Source: Chiloscyllium plagiosum (taxonomy: Eukaryota). Taken from it: a stretch of 41,662 nucleotides of DNA. Location of the stretch: positions 59,392,485 through 59,434,146 of the forward strand of contig NC_057718.1 in assembly GCF_004010195.1 (NCBI RefSeq), written 5' to 3'. A program made the position numbers and the translations under genes. The first letter of the stretch is position 1. Each line of letters starts with the position of its first letter. Shown piece after piece: positions 1 through 10,410 of this stretch. Under the pieces are notes generated by a model that searched no databases, was not told the DNA's origin, and saw only the letters and a program-made list of their open reading frames with translations.

Positions 1-519
1 GAAATGTGGAATTCAATGTTTTACTCATTTAAATGTTACAGTAGTGTTTATTGATGATATAAAAATGTAATATTCGGGGAATAAAGCTACCAGACGTATA
101 TTAATCCTGAGTCACTAAAACTTTTAATATAATGAACCACAGGTGCACATACGTCAAATTATGCTTAATCCAGCTGGTTGAAAAGATCATAACAAAGATT
201 CTAATAAAGACCTGGTATTTGGGACAACTTCTGAATATGCATTAATTTCCTAAGGCTTTTTTTTTCTAATGTAACACATATTATAGCCTAATTTTGGTTT
301 CAAAAGACATATTACATTCCTCTGCACTATCACTAACATCTTTCCAAGTGCATACAGAATTGGTTTGTAATGATTCAAATTATGATGCAAACTCCCTGAT
401 GCTTTGGTTAAAAGCTGTTCTTATTGCTGCCTCTCTTCTTACCATTCAGTGATAGTCATAAATGAATTTTGTGTGCTCCTCATTTGCCCATTTCTGAAAA
501 GCACATCTTTTTATCTGGG

Positions 520-1450
520 GTCTCTGAGCTGCAGAGGAAATGCTGTGCCCTTGTCTTTTCAGCAGAAAACATTATTGAAACGCATCTCTCTTACAAGACC
601 TTTCTGTAATTATCAAACTTTACTGAATCAAGAGAATTGTTTGGCAAATAGCAGCAAAGGCTCGTGTCCTTGTCAGAACACCTGCGGTAGTCTCCAAGCA
701 AACACGGGTGTCATGGTGCTTTCCTCTAATGACACCTCATCAATCCATTCCTATCAGCATCCGAGTCACTGAGGTGACTCGGAGCATTCAGAAGAGAGGA
801 AAATGTCAATGTTTTGGGAGAAAAGGTCAGTCACAGCTTCCCCCTTCCCTGCCAAGCCACAGTGGGCCTGCCGTTCATTATCTTAATTAAATCCAGCAGA
901 TGAACATCTTCTTATCTGTAGGGGAGGAGAGCAGGGGCATGATGCAATAGGATTTGCATATCCAAAGTTAATTAGTGCGGAGGAGCAGGTGTACAGCAAT
1001 AATAATTATCACACATGACAATCACCTGTGACCACTTCCCAGCGCCCTTCCGGGATTCAGCAATCCGATCGCTTTGCCTTTTATTCTGTTTTGCTTGATG
1101 CCATCCCAAGTCGGTTATGTCCTTGTGCCAGTGAGTAGCAATCAGAGCCCATGGTGCTGATTTTTTGCCTTATTTTAGGGCATTCATTTCTTTTTCCATT
1201 GGATTTAATGCTGCTGTGTATAACAGTAAAACATCTCTTTCAGAGTTTAGAATGGCACTGAGTCTCACTTCAATGTCCTGTTCTGCTACTGATGTTGCAC
1301 ACAGAATATTTCAAAGAGAAAAGCAAATGGCTGTACATTTAAGCTTCAGTTACATTAATTCTTCCACTCATTTAGACTCATTATGGAGGATAGCCTATTT
1401 AAAGGGAGCATTTAGCTGTAATTGTGATTCTAATGCAACAGCTATTGGAA
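520..1450. promoter_or_regulatory. Candidate conserved non-coding element / enhancer
   Basis: Repeat-free block with no credible ORF. It contains several TAATTA homeodomain sites, an octamer ATTTGCAT (952-959), TGACA/TGTCA TALE-type sites, retained CpGs and a perfect 10-bp palindrome at 760-783. Conservation was not tested. Confidence 0.4.
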
Positions 1451-1473
1451 TAGGAGGATTCTGAACTTCTTTT

Positions 1474-1548
1474 AGAAATTTTCTGATCAATCTGTTCTTA
1501 TGTTATTATGCACCTCTGTAGCAGGTGAAACTTAGATAGGGACACTAC
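1474..1548 (-). mobile_element. Short tRNA-derived SINE, partial copy (same family as 36690-36809)
   Basis: Reverse complement matches the body and tail (cacctgctacagaggtg...aacagattgatcagaaaat) of the copies at 2510-2617, 35945-36100 and 36690-36809. Confidence 0.55.
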
Positions 1549-1549
1549 T

Positions 1550-1620
1550 GATGGAGGGATGGTTGTTGATGAAACAGCTGAAGATGATTGGGCCTGGAGG
1601 CCATTACCCTTAGGAACTTA
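1550..1620 (-). mobile_element. LINE (CR1/L2 group) reverse-transcriptase fragment
   Basis: Minus strand resembles the degenerate RT motif VPQGSVLGPxIFSCFIN (ggcccaatcatcttcagctgtttcatcaac). Confidence 0.55.
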
Positions 1621-1639
1621 ACTGGTTAAGAAAGAATTT

Positions 1640-2220
1640 AGCAAGCTTGCCTTCCTTGCTTAGACCTTTGAATATAGGAGTTGGGATGTAATGTTGAGGT
1701 TGTACAGGACGTTGATGAGGCCTCTTCTGAAATACTGAGTGCAGTTCTTTTGCCAGGCCATTGCTAGGAATGGAGGATTTGAATTATAAAAATAGACTGA
1801 ATAGGCTGGAACATTTTTTCAAGGAAGTGTAGGAGATTGAAGCGTGACCTTATTGAGGTTTCTAAAATCATGACGGGGCATAGATAAGATGAATGGCAAG
1901 GTTCTTTTCCCTCGGGTAGGGGAGTTCAAAGCTAGGGGGTATATTTTAAAGGTGTGAGTAGTAAGACTTAAAAATGACATGACAAGCAAATGTTTTCTAC
2001 AGAGAGTGATTCATGTGTAGAATGAACTACCAGTGAAAGTGGTGGATGCAGAAACAGTTACAATGTTTCAAAGACATTTGGGTTAGTTCATGACTCAAAG
2101 GTTTGGAGGGATAAGGGTCAAGCGCAGGCAAGAGGGACTAGTTTAGTTTGGGAACATGGTTGGCTTGGACTGGTTGGACCAAAGGGTCTGTTTACATGCT
2201 GCATGACTCTATGAATCTAC
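1640..2220 (+). mobile_element. CR1 (HER1-like) LINE, 5'-truncated 3' end
   Basis: Degenerate ORF2 C-terminus (LYRTLxRPLLxYxVQF), CR1-type 3'UTR and terminal gactctatgaatcta repeat. Confidence 0.9.
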
Positions 2221-2509
2221 TGTACTTACTATTAGAAATTTAATGTATAAATTTAGTTAAGTGAAATTCAGTGAGTACCATCTTTGAGTAGTCTTATTTG
2301 TATGTTTTCCGCAGAACATTAGGTAGATGGAATTTTGAACTTCATGAGCTTCAATTTTAAAAACCCACCCATGTTTTTCAGTGTTGTAAATCTACATACT
2401 TACTGTGAGGTTTTCAGTCACATTAGCGAAGGCAAAACAATTTTAGGGACTTGGGTTATTCATTTATCTTCCAATGACCACATAAAAGTATTACAAACAA
2501 TGCATAGAT

Positions 2510-2617
2510 ATTGTTAATTGACCTGGTCAAATGTGATACACCTCTGGAGCAGATGGGACTTGAACCAAGCCTTCTAGTTTAGTAGTATGGACATTAGCAC
2601 AGCACCACAAGAGTCTT
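2510..2617 (-). mobile_element. Short tRNA-derived SINE
   Basis: Minus strand has B-box GGTTCAAGTCC and a head (gactcttgtggtgctgtg) homologous to 36690-36809. Confidence 0.7.
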
Positions 2618-2944
2618 CTGTACACATACATATGAAACTGGGATATTCTTCTGCAACGAATTCATCAGAAATTATGTTGTTCTTTGACAAGAGACCAAGT
2701 GTTAAGTAATCTCTTACATGTTAAGAATAAACAACAAAATTGAGTTTGCTTCCAAATTGGAGCCAGTTGAACTACTTCAGGTTTAAGTATTCCTATTCCA
2801 TTTAAAGAAATGGTAATTGTGCATATACGCAGAATCAAATGCACAAGCAGAAATAATTTCATTGTTGGAAAAATAGCAGAGTTATTTTAGTATTTAAAAC
2901 TATAAGGATTTTTCAATTGCTAATTTGTGTCTGTGTTGCATGAG

Positions 2945-3206
2945 GGTCTGATATTTACTGGGAGCAGAGGAGCATGGTTACCCCAGGAGGGTGGGGTACT
3001 GCCAATATTAATGGCAAGATGTCATGGTGATGGTTTTTGTATTTTATATTCAGCTTTCCTGACAGGCTATTTGTTGGGTGGGAAAACCTGCAGCATTTTT
3101 TCACAGCAGGGAGAGTTTCAGGGCAGTGGGCAGAAGAAGCTTGAGGTGCGGAGGTAGCACCTCGCTTCCTCTTGCTCACAAGAAGTACTCCAAGTAAAAT
3201 TAGACT
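2945..3206. mobile_element. Non-autonomous DNA transposon (MITE-like)
   Basis: Imperfect ~17-bp terminal inverted repeats ggtctgatatttactgg / ccaagtaaaattagact. Confidence 0.45.
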
Positions 3207-3409
3207 TTCTATCATTGGCTGAAAACTCCTGCTTAGTTGCATAATTTCATGATTCCAGGACACCAGACGAATAGTAGTTAAATCTAAATCAGATTCCCTA
3301 CTCTACCGTGGGAGCCTGAACTAAACCTTCCATTGACCATGCCCCACCTTTCCAGTGAGACAGAGCAATATGAAACAAAGCAATGCTAAATGATTTCAGT
3401 GAGTTCAGG

Positions 3410-4285
3410 TCATGTTGGCAGCGAGGAAGGTGACCTCAGAGTACAATAGGATCTTTACCAAATGGGCCAATTGGCAGGTGGAGTTTAATTTAGATAAATG
3501 TGAGGTGCTACATTTTGGAAAGGCAAATCAGGACAGGATTTATACACTTAATGGTAAGGTCTTGGAGTGTTGCTGAACAAAGAGTCTTTGAAGTGCAGGT
3601 TCATAGTTCCTTGAAAGTTGAGTCAGAGGTAAAATGGATAGTGAAGAAGTTGTTTAGTATGCATGCCTTTATTGGTAAGTGCATTGAGTATAGGAATTGG
3701 GAGGTCATGTACAGGACATTCTCTGGCGCTGCGAGGCAGCAGTGCTAACCACTGTGCCACCGTGCCGCCCACCGTGCCGCCCATAGGATGGATGTTGTGA
3801 AACTTGAAAGGGTTCAGAAAAGATTTACAAGGATGTTGCCAGGGTTGGAGGGTTTGAGCTATGGGGAAGGCTGAAAATAGGCTGGGCCTATTTTCTCTGG
3901 AGGACCAGAGGCTGTGGAGATCACCTGATAGAGATTTATAAAATCATAAAAGCTATGGATAGGGTAAATAGCTGAAGATTTTTTCCCCTGGGGTGAAGGA
4001 GTCAAAAACTAGAGAACATAGGTTTAAGGTGAACAGGGAAAGATTTGAAAGGACCTAACAGGCAACATTTTCATGCAGAGGGTGGTGTATTTATGAAATA
4101 AGCTGTCAGATGAAATGATGAATGCTGGTACAATTGCAACATTTAAAAGGCATCTAGATGGATATATGAATAGGAAGGGTTTAGAGGGACATGGGCCAAA
4201 TGCTTGCAAATGGGACTAGATTTATTTCAGATATCTTGTTGGCATGGATCAAAATCCATGCTGAACATCTCAATGACTCTCTGAC
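3410..4285 (+). mobile_element. CR1 (HER1-like) LINE 3' portion, interrupted by a SINE head
   Basis: Degenerate RT C-terminal motifs (WQVEFNLDKCEVLHFG; LERVQKRFTRMLPGLEGL) and CR1 3' tail atgactctctgact. Confidence 0.92.
3721..3782 (-). mobile_element. HE1-type SINE 5' head fragment inside CR1
   Basis: Reverse complement gggcggcacggtgg...cacagtggttagcactgctgcctcgcagcgccagag is the tRNA-like head of the full copies at 16558, 31826 and 39427. caccgtgccgcc is tandemly duplicated. Confidence 0.85.
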
Positions 4286-4329
4286 TTTTCATTTTTAAAA
4301 ATCTGTTTGATCCTTCTGCACACTTATTT

Positions 4330-4692
4330 TTCCTATTCATTTATGAGATATGGGCGTCACTGGCTGGCCCAGCATTTATTGCCCATCCCTAGTTGCCCTG
4401 GAGAAGGTGGTGTTGATCTGCCTTCTTGAACCGCTGCAGGCAACTTGCTGTGGGTTAACCCACAATGCCACTGGGGAGAGATATTCAGGGTTTTGACTCA
4501 GTGACAGTGAAGGAATGGCTATTTTTTTCCAAGTCAGGATGGTGAGTGGCTTGGAGGGGAATTTGAAGTTGATAGTGTTCTCTTATATCTGCTGCCATTG
4601 TCCTTCTAGATGGAGGTGATCACAGGTTTGGAAGGTGCAGTCTGAGGATAGTTTTTGGTTTTCTGCAGTGCACCTTGGAGATAGTACACAAT
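4330..4692 (-). mobile_element. CR1/L2-group LINE 3' end (second family)
   Basis: Minus-strand tail ...gggcaactagggatgggcaataaatgctgggccagccagtgacgcccatatc, shared with 20335-20460 and the SINE at 14445. Confidence 0.85.
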
Positions 4693-5612
4693 GTCCATGC
4701 GCTTAATGTCAATCACAATTTGTTTTTTGGTTGGTTGGAGGAGCCGTTATTATATTAAACAAGCCAGTATTTTTCTTTCATTTTAGTTGGTAGTTCAGGG
4801 AGGAGAAAGTTAAATGATGCATACTAGATGTCCTAAGACCAATCAATTAAAGGTCATCTTCTGAATCGAGTGCTATTAAAACTATTTTGGCTCAATCAAA
4901 TCTCTAGTTAACATTAATCCAAATACTTGCCATTTCCAAGCCCCATCTGTCGCATCCAGTGAAGTCCATCCAGTGGTTCTCAACAAAGTATACCATAGTC
5001 ATGGAGTAGTCATAGGTTATCTGGATTTTACCAAAAGCCTTTGATAAGGTTCGTCTTACTATCATTGCATTTAGAGATTACTTCATGGTATTATTTTATA
5101 TAATTCAGTTAGCTTATTGTCAAATCAAGTGCATTGATATTTAATGAAATTTGATTAATTGAAAAGTTGGATAAAAGGGATATTTGCTTACCAGAGCAGT
5201 TTCTTACAGGAGGCTTCAATCATATTTACTATTCACAGGATTTATTTTGTACTAGGGATCTATATTCACACTGTGGCATGTGTATCTCAGACTAAGTCAC
5301 AAAAATGGAAAATTCTTGGCAGCTTCTCTGCCATCTCCTTTACGTATGATGCACATGTCCATGTGGCCTATTTCCTTCTGAAGTCATTAGAATGAAAAAT
5401 CGCTCCATATGATGTTTGCTGGTGATATTGCTGGGAACAGCTTTGATATGATACTTTCTTTCTGTGTGCATTATGAGTACATGTATCACGTATTCCACTG
5501 GGCAATGGAGATCCATGCATGCTTTCTCTGAGGCTCGTCTCTTTTTACTAGGCTGCCAGTACTCCTAGTTGATAGCATGCTTAATCTAGTTTGTCCTGAT
5601 CCCAAATTAAGG

Positions 5613-5634
5613 CTCTCTCTCTCTCTCTCTCTCT
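5613..5634. repeat. (CT)n microsatellite
   Basis: Eleven CT units, read directly. Confidence 0.95.
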
Positions 5635-7000
5635 GTTCAATACTTTAACGCTCTTTCCTTACACACACGCACACCTTTGAGTCAGAAACACAAGCCAGGA
5701 CATTTCCCAATGTTGCATTCCTGATTTATGATAGTCAGCCTGATCACTGGGAAGTTTTGTTTTTCAGATTGAAAGGTGGGCTGGAGTTATGGCTGGCACC
5801 TCCTAACACATGATTAAGGTGGAAATTAGGTGAATGAAAGTCAGGGCCAGCAGGTTAGGAGGTTTACCTTCATTTCTTGAAACGTTGGTATAACATGGTT
5901 GTTATTGCTCTGGGGCACTTACCTCTTCCATCCCACTCCTATTGACCTCCATGAATTTTCTGTGCTTGCTCCTATATCCTGTATTATGTCTCCCTATATC
6001 CTCATACATCTTCCATGCCCCATGCATTGGCAATATCATCCACAGCCCTTCTATGTCTTCATTGCCCAGTCATCCAGTATCTATTATGCAGTGAGCAGGT
6101 GGTCCATATAATAACACTCAACATTATTTTAAACTTTCAGGAAATTTTTAAAAATTCCATTCATGCACCAGTGGAAAAAAAACCACATGCACCTTAGAAG
6201 TTCAGAAAACTGTCAATCCAGCACACAACCATTGAAATATTCCTTGTAAAGGACCTCTTTCATCTCAAGTGTTCTTCAATCTGTTAAAGTGGCCAAAGCA
6301 GTCACTGAAAATCCTCTTCAAAATATTTAATCCTACTATCTGATCATGAAACTCAGTCAAACACAGCATACAAATCATCCCTGCAGCGGTGTTAGACAAT
6401 TCCTAATGAATTGAATTAATTTGTGATGTTTGTAACTCAGCCAGATATTGTACATTGAATTATATTCATGGCTGAATAAACAGGTCCTACATAACTCAAA
6501 ACAATGGAATCTTTGAAGTTGGCTGATCAGAGCTCCAGCTTAATGGAGTTTCAACCAAAGAATCTAGCATTTGTTCAGATTTTGTAAACGACTCATGAGA
6601 TTAACTTCATGTATATTTCAAACCAGAATGTCAGTATGATCCACTTAAATCAGATTCATCAAACTATCAAATGCATAAAAGCACTTTATCCATTTCATAA
6701 AATACTGTAAGGCATAAGAAAAGTGCTGGTCAATTTAATAGTCATTTACCTTTTAAATGACAGAGCCGTATAATCAATTATTGCATTAAGACATATTAAA
6801 GTCATTGTACCATTTGCAGTTGGTAAGACTTTATGAACATACTTGTCAAAATTATCCTGATTCCACTGCAGATCTTTCTCACATTTCAAAATTGACTTCC
6901 CTAGCAAAGTGCTTACTGCCTTTAGAATCCACTGTCAATAAAAATATCAGTGTTAGGAAAAAGAAAGGACATGCGGCAGGTTTTAAGTGATAAGTTCTAT

Positions 7001-7482
7001 TGTGATGGTACTGTTTAACTAAATTTCAGATGGCCCCTGCTGGTGCCATTTTGTGTAAGGTAGATGGATTCTTGGTCACTAAAGAGTAGACTTGCCGTCT
7101 CTATTATTCTTTTAAATTTGGATCTACAGGGCCTGATTTGTCTCTCATGATAGGTGATAATCATTTAATAGTTTACCAAGAAGAAGCTCTTGTCTTAAAC
7201 AAAATGTAGTTTATTGTATGATAGCAAACAGATACAAGTTACATCCTAACAAAGACTGTAACATGTCCTAAATGGAGGTGTGTCTCCTTCAGGATTCAGA
7301 GCTGTTCCACCGTTCTGCTCCAAAATCTTTATGACATAATCACATTGGGTGGATCTTAATGTAGTCTTCAGCATTAACACTTTCACAACTATTGTTCAAC
7401 AATATCGCTCCAATTATTTACATTTATACTTGCATGCATACAATTGCATTTACCACTACCCCATTACCACACTCTCCCCCAA
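7001..7482 (-). mobile_element. LTR (3' LTR of a minus-strand LTR retrotransposon) with polypurine tract
   Basis: On the minus strand the PPT ttgggggagag (7472-7482) directly precedes TGTGGT. The LTR ends ...CCATCACA at 7001, and there is an internal AATAAA at 7210-7215. Confidence 0.6.
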
Positions 7483-9170
7483 GTTTCTGACTTTGAAAAT
7501 CATGCAGTTTGGTGGTGTTGCAATTCTTGCAGGCTTTCAAGTTTTAATTGTACTGTATATCAAAGTTACTTCTCTGCACTGCTATATTGGAGGGTTTCCT
7601 GACATTTTGTGGCAAAAATGAAGGACTTCCAGTTTTTCTTGCCTAATCAATGATTTCCATCCTCTTTAATGACATTACTGAATAAATCCTCAGCCTTAAA
7701 GATGAATCACATTTATTGAACAGCTTTTCCTAGATGATTTATGCTATCTGTAGTGTTTTTGATAATGCTGGTTGTCTTACAATGGCTTCTCCGAATGAAT
7801 TTACTTTTTCTGTGGCTTTAGCCATGGCTCCTATTATGGATCTGTTGCTCTTATTGTGGCCCCAAATGTCTCCTTACTTTACTCTTCTGTTAGATACTGT
7901 CTGCTTAGGCTGCTAAATTACCCCTTTATAGTTTTAATTATGGCATTCCCAGTGCTGCATGTTTGATTTCAATTACTTTTATGGCTCTTGATTTTGCTCC
8001 TATAGACATGGTTTGTAGTATTTGGCTGCTGTGGTGGCAATGCTCACTCTGAATTGCTATTGAATTTTGACTTGAGATTGGTCTTAAAATTCGTCAGCAC
8101 CCAATACAATCTGCAACTGCTTGGGTTGACTATGCGGCATGTAGCATCCAGCTCTCATTTGCTTTTGTACTTCTCTTACAGGATCTAAAGTGTTTTTAGA
8201 ATTGACTGTGAATTCTCTCCTGGCGAATTTGGCATGGTATTCTCTATCAGCTGCTTGATTAGTCGGCTCCCATTATGACTCATTGTCTCCCGAAGTCACT
8301 CTTAAAGCCACAACTGGAAATTTCTTCTGGGTTTATTGGAATTCATTCTGTTACAGTTAAATTGAATGCCAATCAACATCTTTGCCTACCATGTTGTAAC
8401 AGTTCACTTAAACTGAATCTTCTGAAGACCCCTGCTGCCACCATATTGCATGATGTTGCTGGATTCTTTGTCACCACAAGATAGATTTAGGGCCACTGTC
8501 CTCTACAGTGCTTGCTTTGTCTAATAGGTAGGGGAGAAACACTACATATTGTAACAAAATGAAGCTGTTAGCTTAATCAGTTGATTGCATGATAGCAATC
8601 AGGTGCAAGTTACAATGGTATGATTGACATTGTTACAAAGCTTACAGAGACCCCAAGGAAACCTAGACCGTAAGTTTTTCTTGCTCAAATTTCCAAACTA
8701 TTCTGATATTCCCCATCTGAGTTCTTATACATAATCAGATTGAGTGGAACTTAATGAGATCTTCAGAATTGACTCTTTCAGAACCATTATCTTGTATAAC
8801 AATCGTCAGTGTCACTTCATGTATCGCACATTTCCTATTCAGGGGAAAATGATGTCTGTTGGGAATGACCTAGGCAGTTTAAAATTGTGGCCCTGCACTC
8901 CTTGAGTTTGAGGCTTCCAACTTGGGTTTGCACAGCTTCAAGAGAAAAAAGGTTCAGCCTTAAACTGAGCTCCTTATGGAGAAGGACAGAGTCAATGAAA
9001 CAATTTCCTTTCAACTGCACACATATAGATTCTAGAAGTTTCAGGGGTTGCAAGTTGCAAATGCTGACAATTTCATCATTAATATTACCGCAAAATCTAG
9101 GTCATACTATTCTCTGTCAGTCAAAAGAGACAGGAAAGTTTGGTGAACATTCATGTGATCCCCTGCAATG
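7483..9170 (-). mobile_element. Highly decayed Gypsy-like internal/gag remnants
   Basis: Adjacent to the PPT/LTR. Minus-strand fragments QIVLGADE (~8100) and RFCGNINDEIV (~9080) resemble the Gypsy gag RDRxVxGxxD motif, with many stops. May be two different elements. Confidence 0.4.
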
Positions 9171-9759
9171 GTTGTACTGTAATTAAAAAAGTACTCTACA
9201 TAATTTTTCTCTGTGAACACAAATAGTGTTGGAAACCAGCCCAAATTTTTAAAGCCATCTCCTATTAGCATATGAGTTTAGAATGTAAATATTTTCTAAA
9301 TCATGGAAAAAAACATATGCATTTTTAGATTTTAACATTTTTGTTTCTCAAAAATGTGTAAGAATCTGAAATAACATGATTTAAAACAATTCAGGTAAAA
9401 TCACTGATTGCACATGTTTGGCATAATGCAGGTACAGTATTGGCCTGAACTTATATTTTTAATTAAAAGATGGCAGCTATGAAGAAAGATCTTAACCTTC
9501 ATTTCCATTTTCGGTACAAATATCCCTCCAGTTGCCACCATCACAGCTTTTCAAAATGGCTGTAAATGATGTAGTTTAAATTCTTTGGAGGATAACACTC
9601 AGTGAGGATTACGCAAAAAATGATGCAGATTCTAGTAAGACTGATTGATTGAATTAAGCATACTGTTTACCGCAAAAAACATACAGATCCATTTAAAAGG
9701 TTTGAATTTGTGTTTAAACTTTGGTTTTCATGATGTCAGAGCTAATTAATTACCTTGCA

Positions 9760-9925
9760 AATACAGTCAGTGTTGCGATGTGTGAAAATGCAGCACCCAA
9801 TTTGCACTTAGCAATGCTCCAGAAACAAAAATGAGATAACTATATTTGAAAAATGTTCAGTGAGGTTTAATTATTGGCCAAGTTAGCGGAAGAACTATTA
9901 TTTTTGGATTAGCATCATGGAACAG
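9760..9925 (-). mobile_element. Old DeuSINE (SacSINE1-like) fragment
   Basis: gcagcacccaatttgcacttagcaa...tgagataac...attggccaag resembles the reverse strand of the Deu-domain SINE of sharks. Recognised from memory of the consensus. Confidence 0.55.
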
Positions 9926-10289
9926 GCCTTCGAAACCGTATTTGATATGTGCGTGTTCTGTCAGGTGTTTCAATTCAGAGGGAAGACAATGAGTTTGCCT
10001 CTGCTGACATAAAATGACTGTCATCTTTCTGTTGTAGCAGTGGATGGTGAACCAGGAGTTGCCAGATATGGTACCTGCTGCAGCCTTTAAAAATTCTGAC
10101 ATAAAGCAATTCAGGACCATTGTCAACTTTACCACCATTGCAGTGCGATCCTCATCCAGCTCTGAAGTGGAAGCTCAGGCTGCAAGAGGTGGCAGAGTGC
10201 TGTGAGAACTTCATTTGTAAAACACAGATGATACACTAACGACTTAAGTGGAGCTTCTGGAAGATCCTCAGTAAATATACTTCATGCTG

Positions 10290-10410
10290 ACAATTCTTTA
10301 CACGCCTCCATCTCCTTCCCTCTGTCAGCAGCTTGTCTTTTTGCTTGTTGCTTCTGCTCCATCTCCTTCCAAAAGGGAACTGCAACTGCAATATCCATGA
10401 TTAGGAGTAA
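10290..10410 (-). mobile_element. Possible decayed Harbinger transposase N-terminus
   Basis: Minus-strand ATG reads MDIAVAVPFWKEMEQKQQAKRQAADRGKE, reminiscent of the N-termini of HARBI1-like transposases in shark Harbinger elements. No DDE core is visible. Confidence 0.3.

Noticed and set aside
404..772. 122-aa Cys/Ser-rich ORF
   Set aside because: Non-ATG start, no recognisable domain and no convincing splice context. Likely a chance ORF in a non-coding block.
8466..8480. Primer-binding site (tggtgac) and 5' LTR for the 7001-7471 LTR
   Set aside because: The adjacent sequence shows no similarity to the LTR, so a full provirus cannot be supported.
10038..10205. Plus-strand exon after tctttctgttgtag (~55 open codons)
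   Set aside because: It ends in a stop, has no recognisable homology or clear donor, and lies beside probable decayed transposon sequence.
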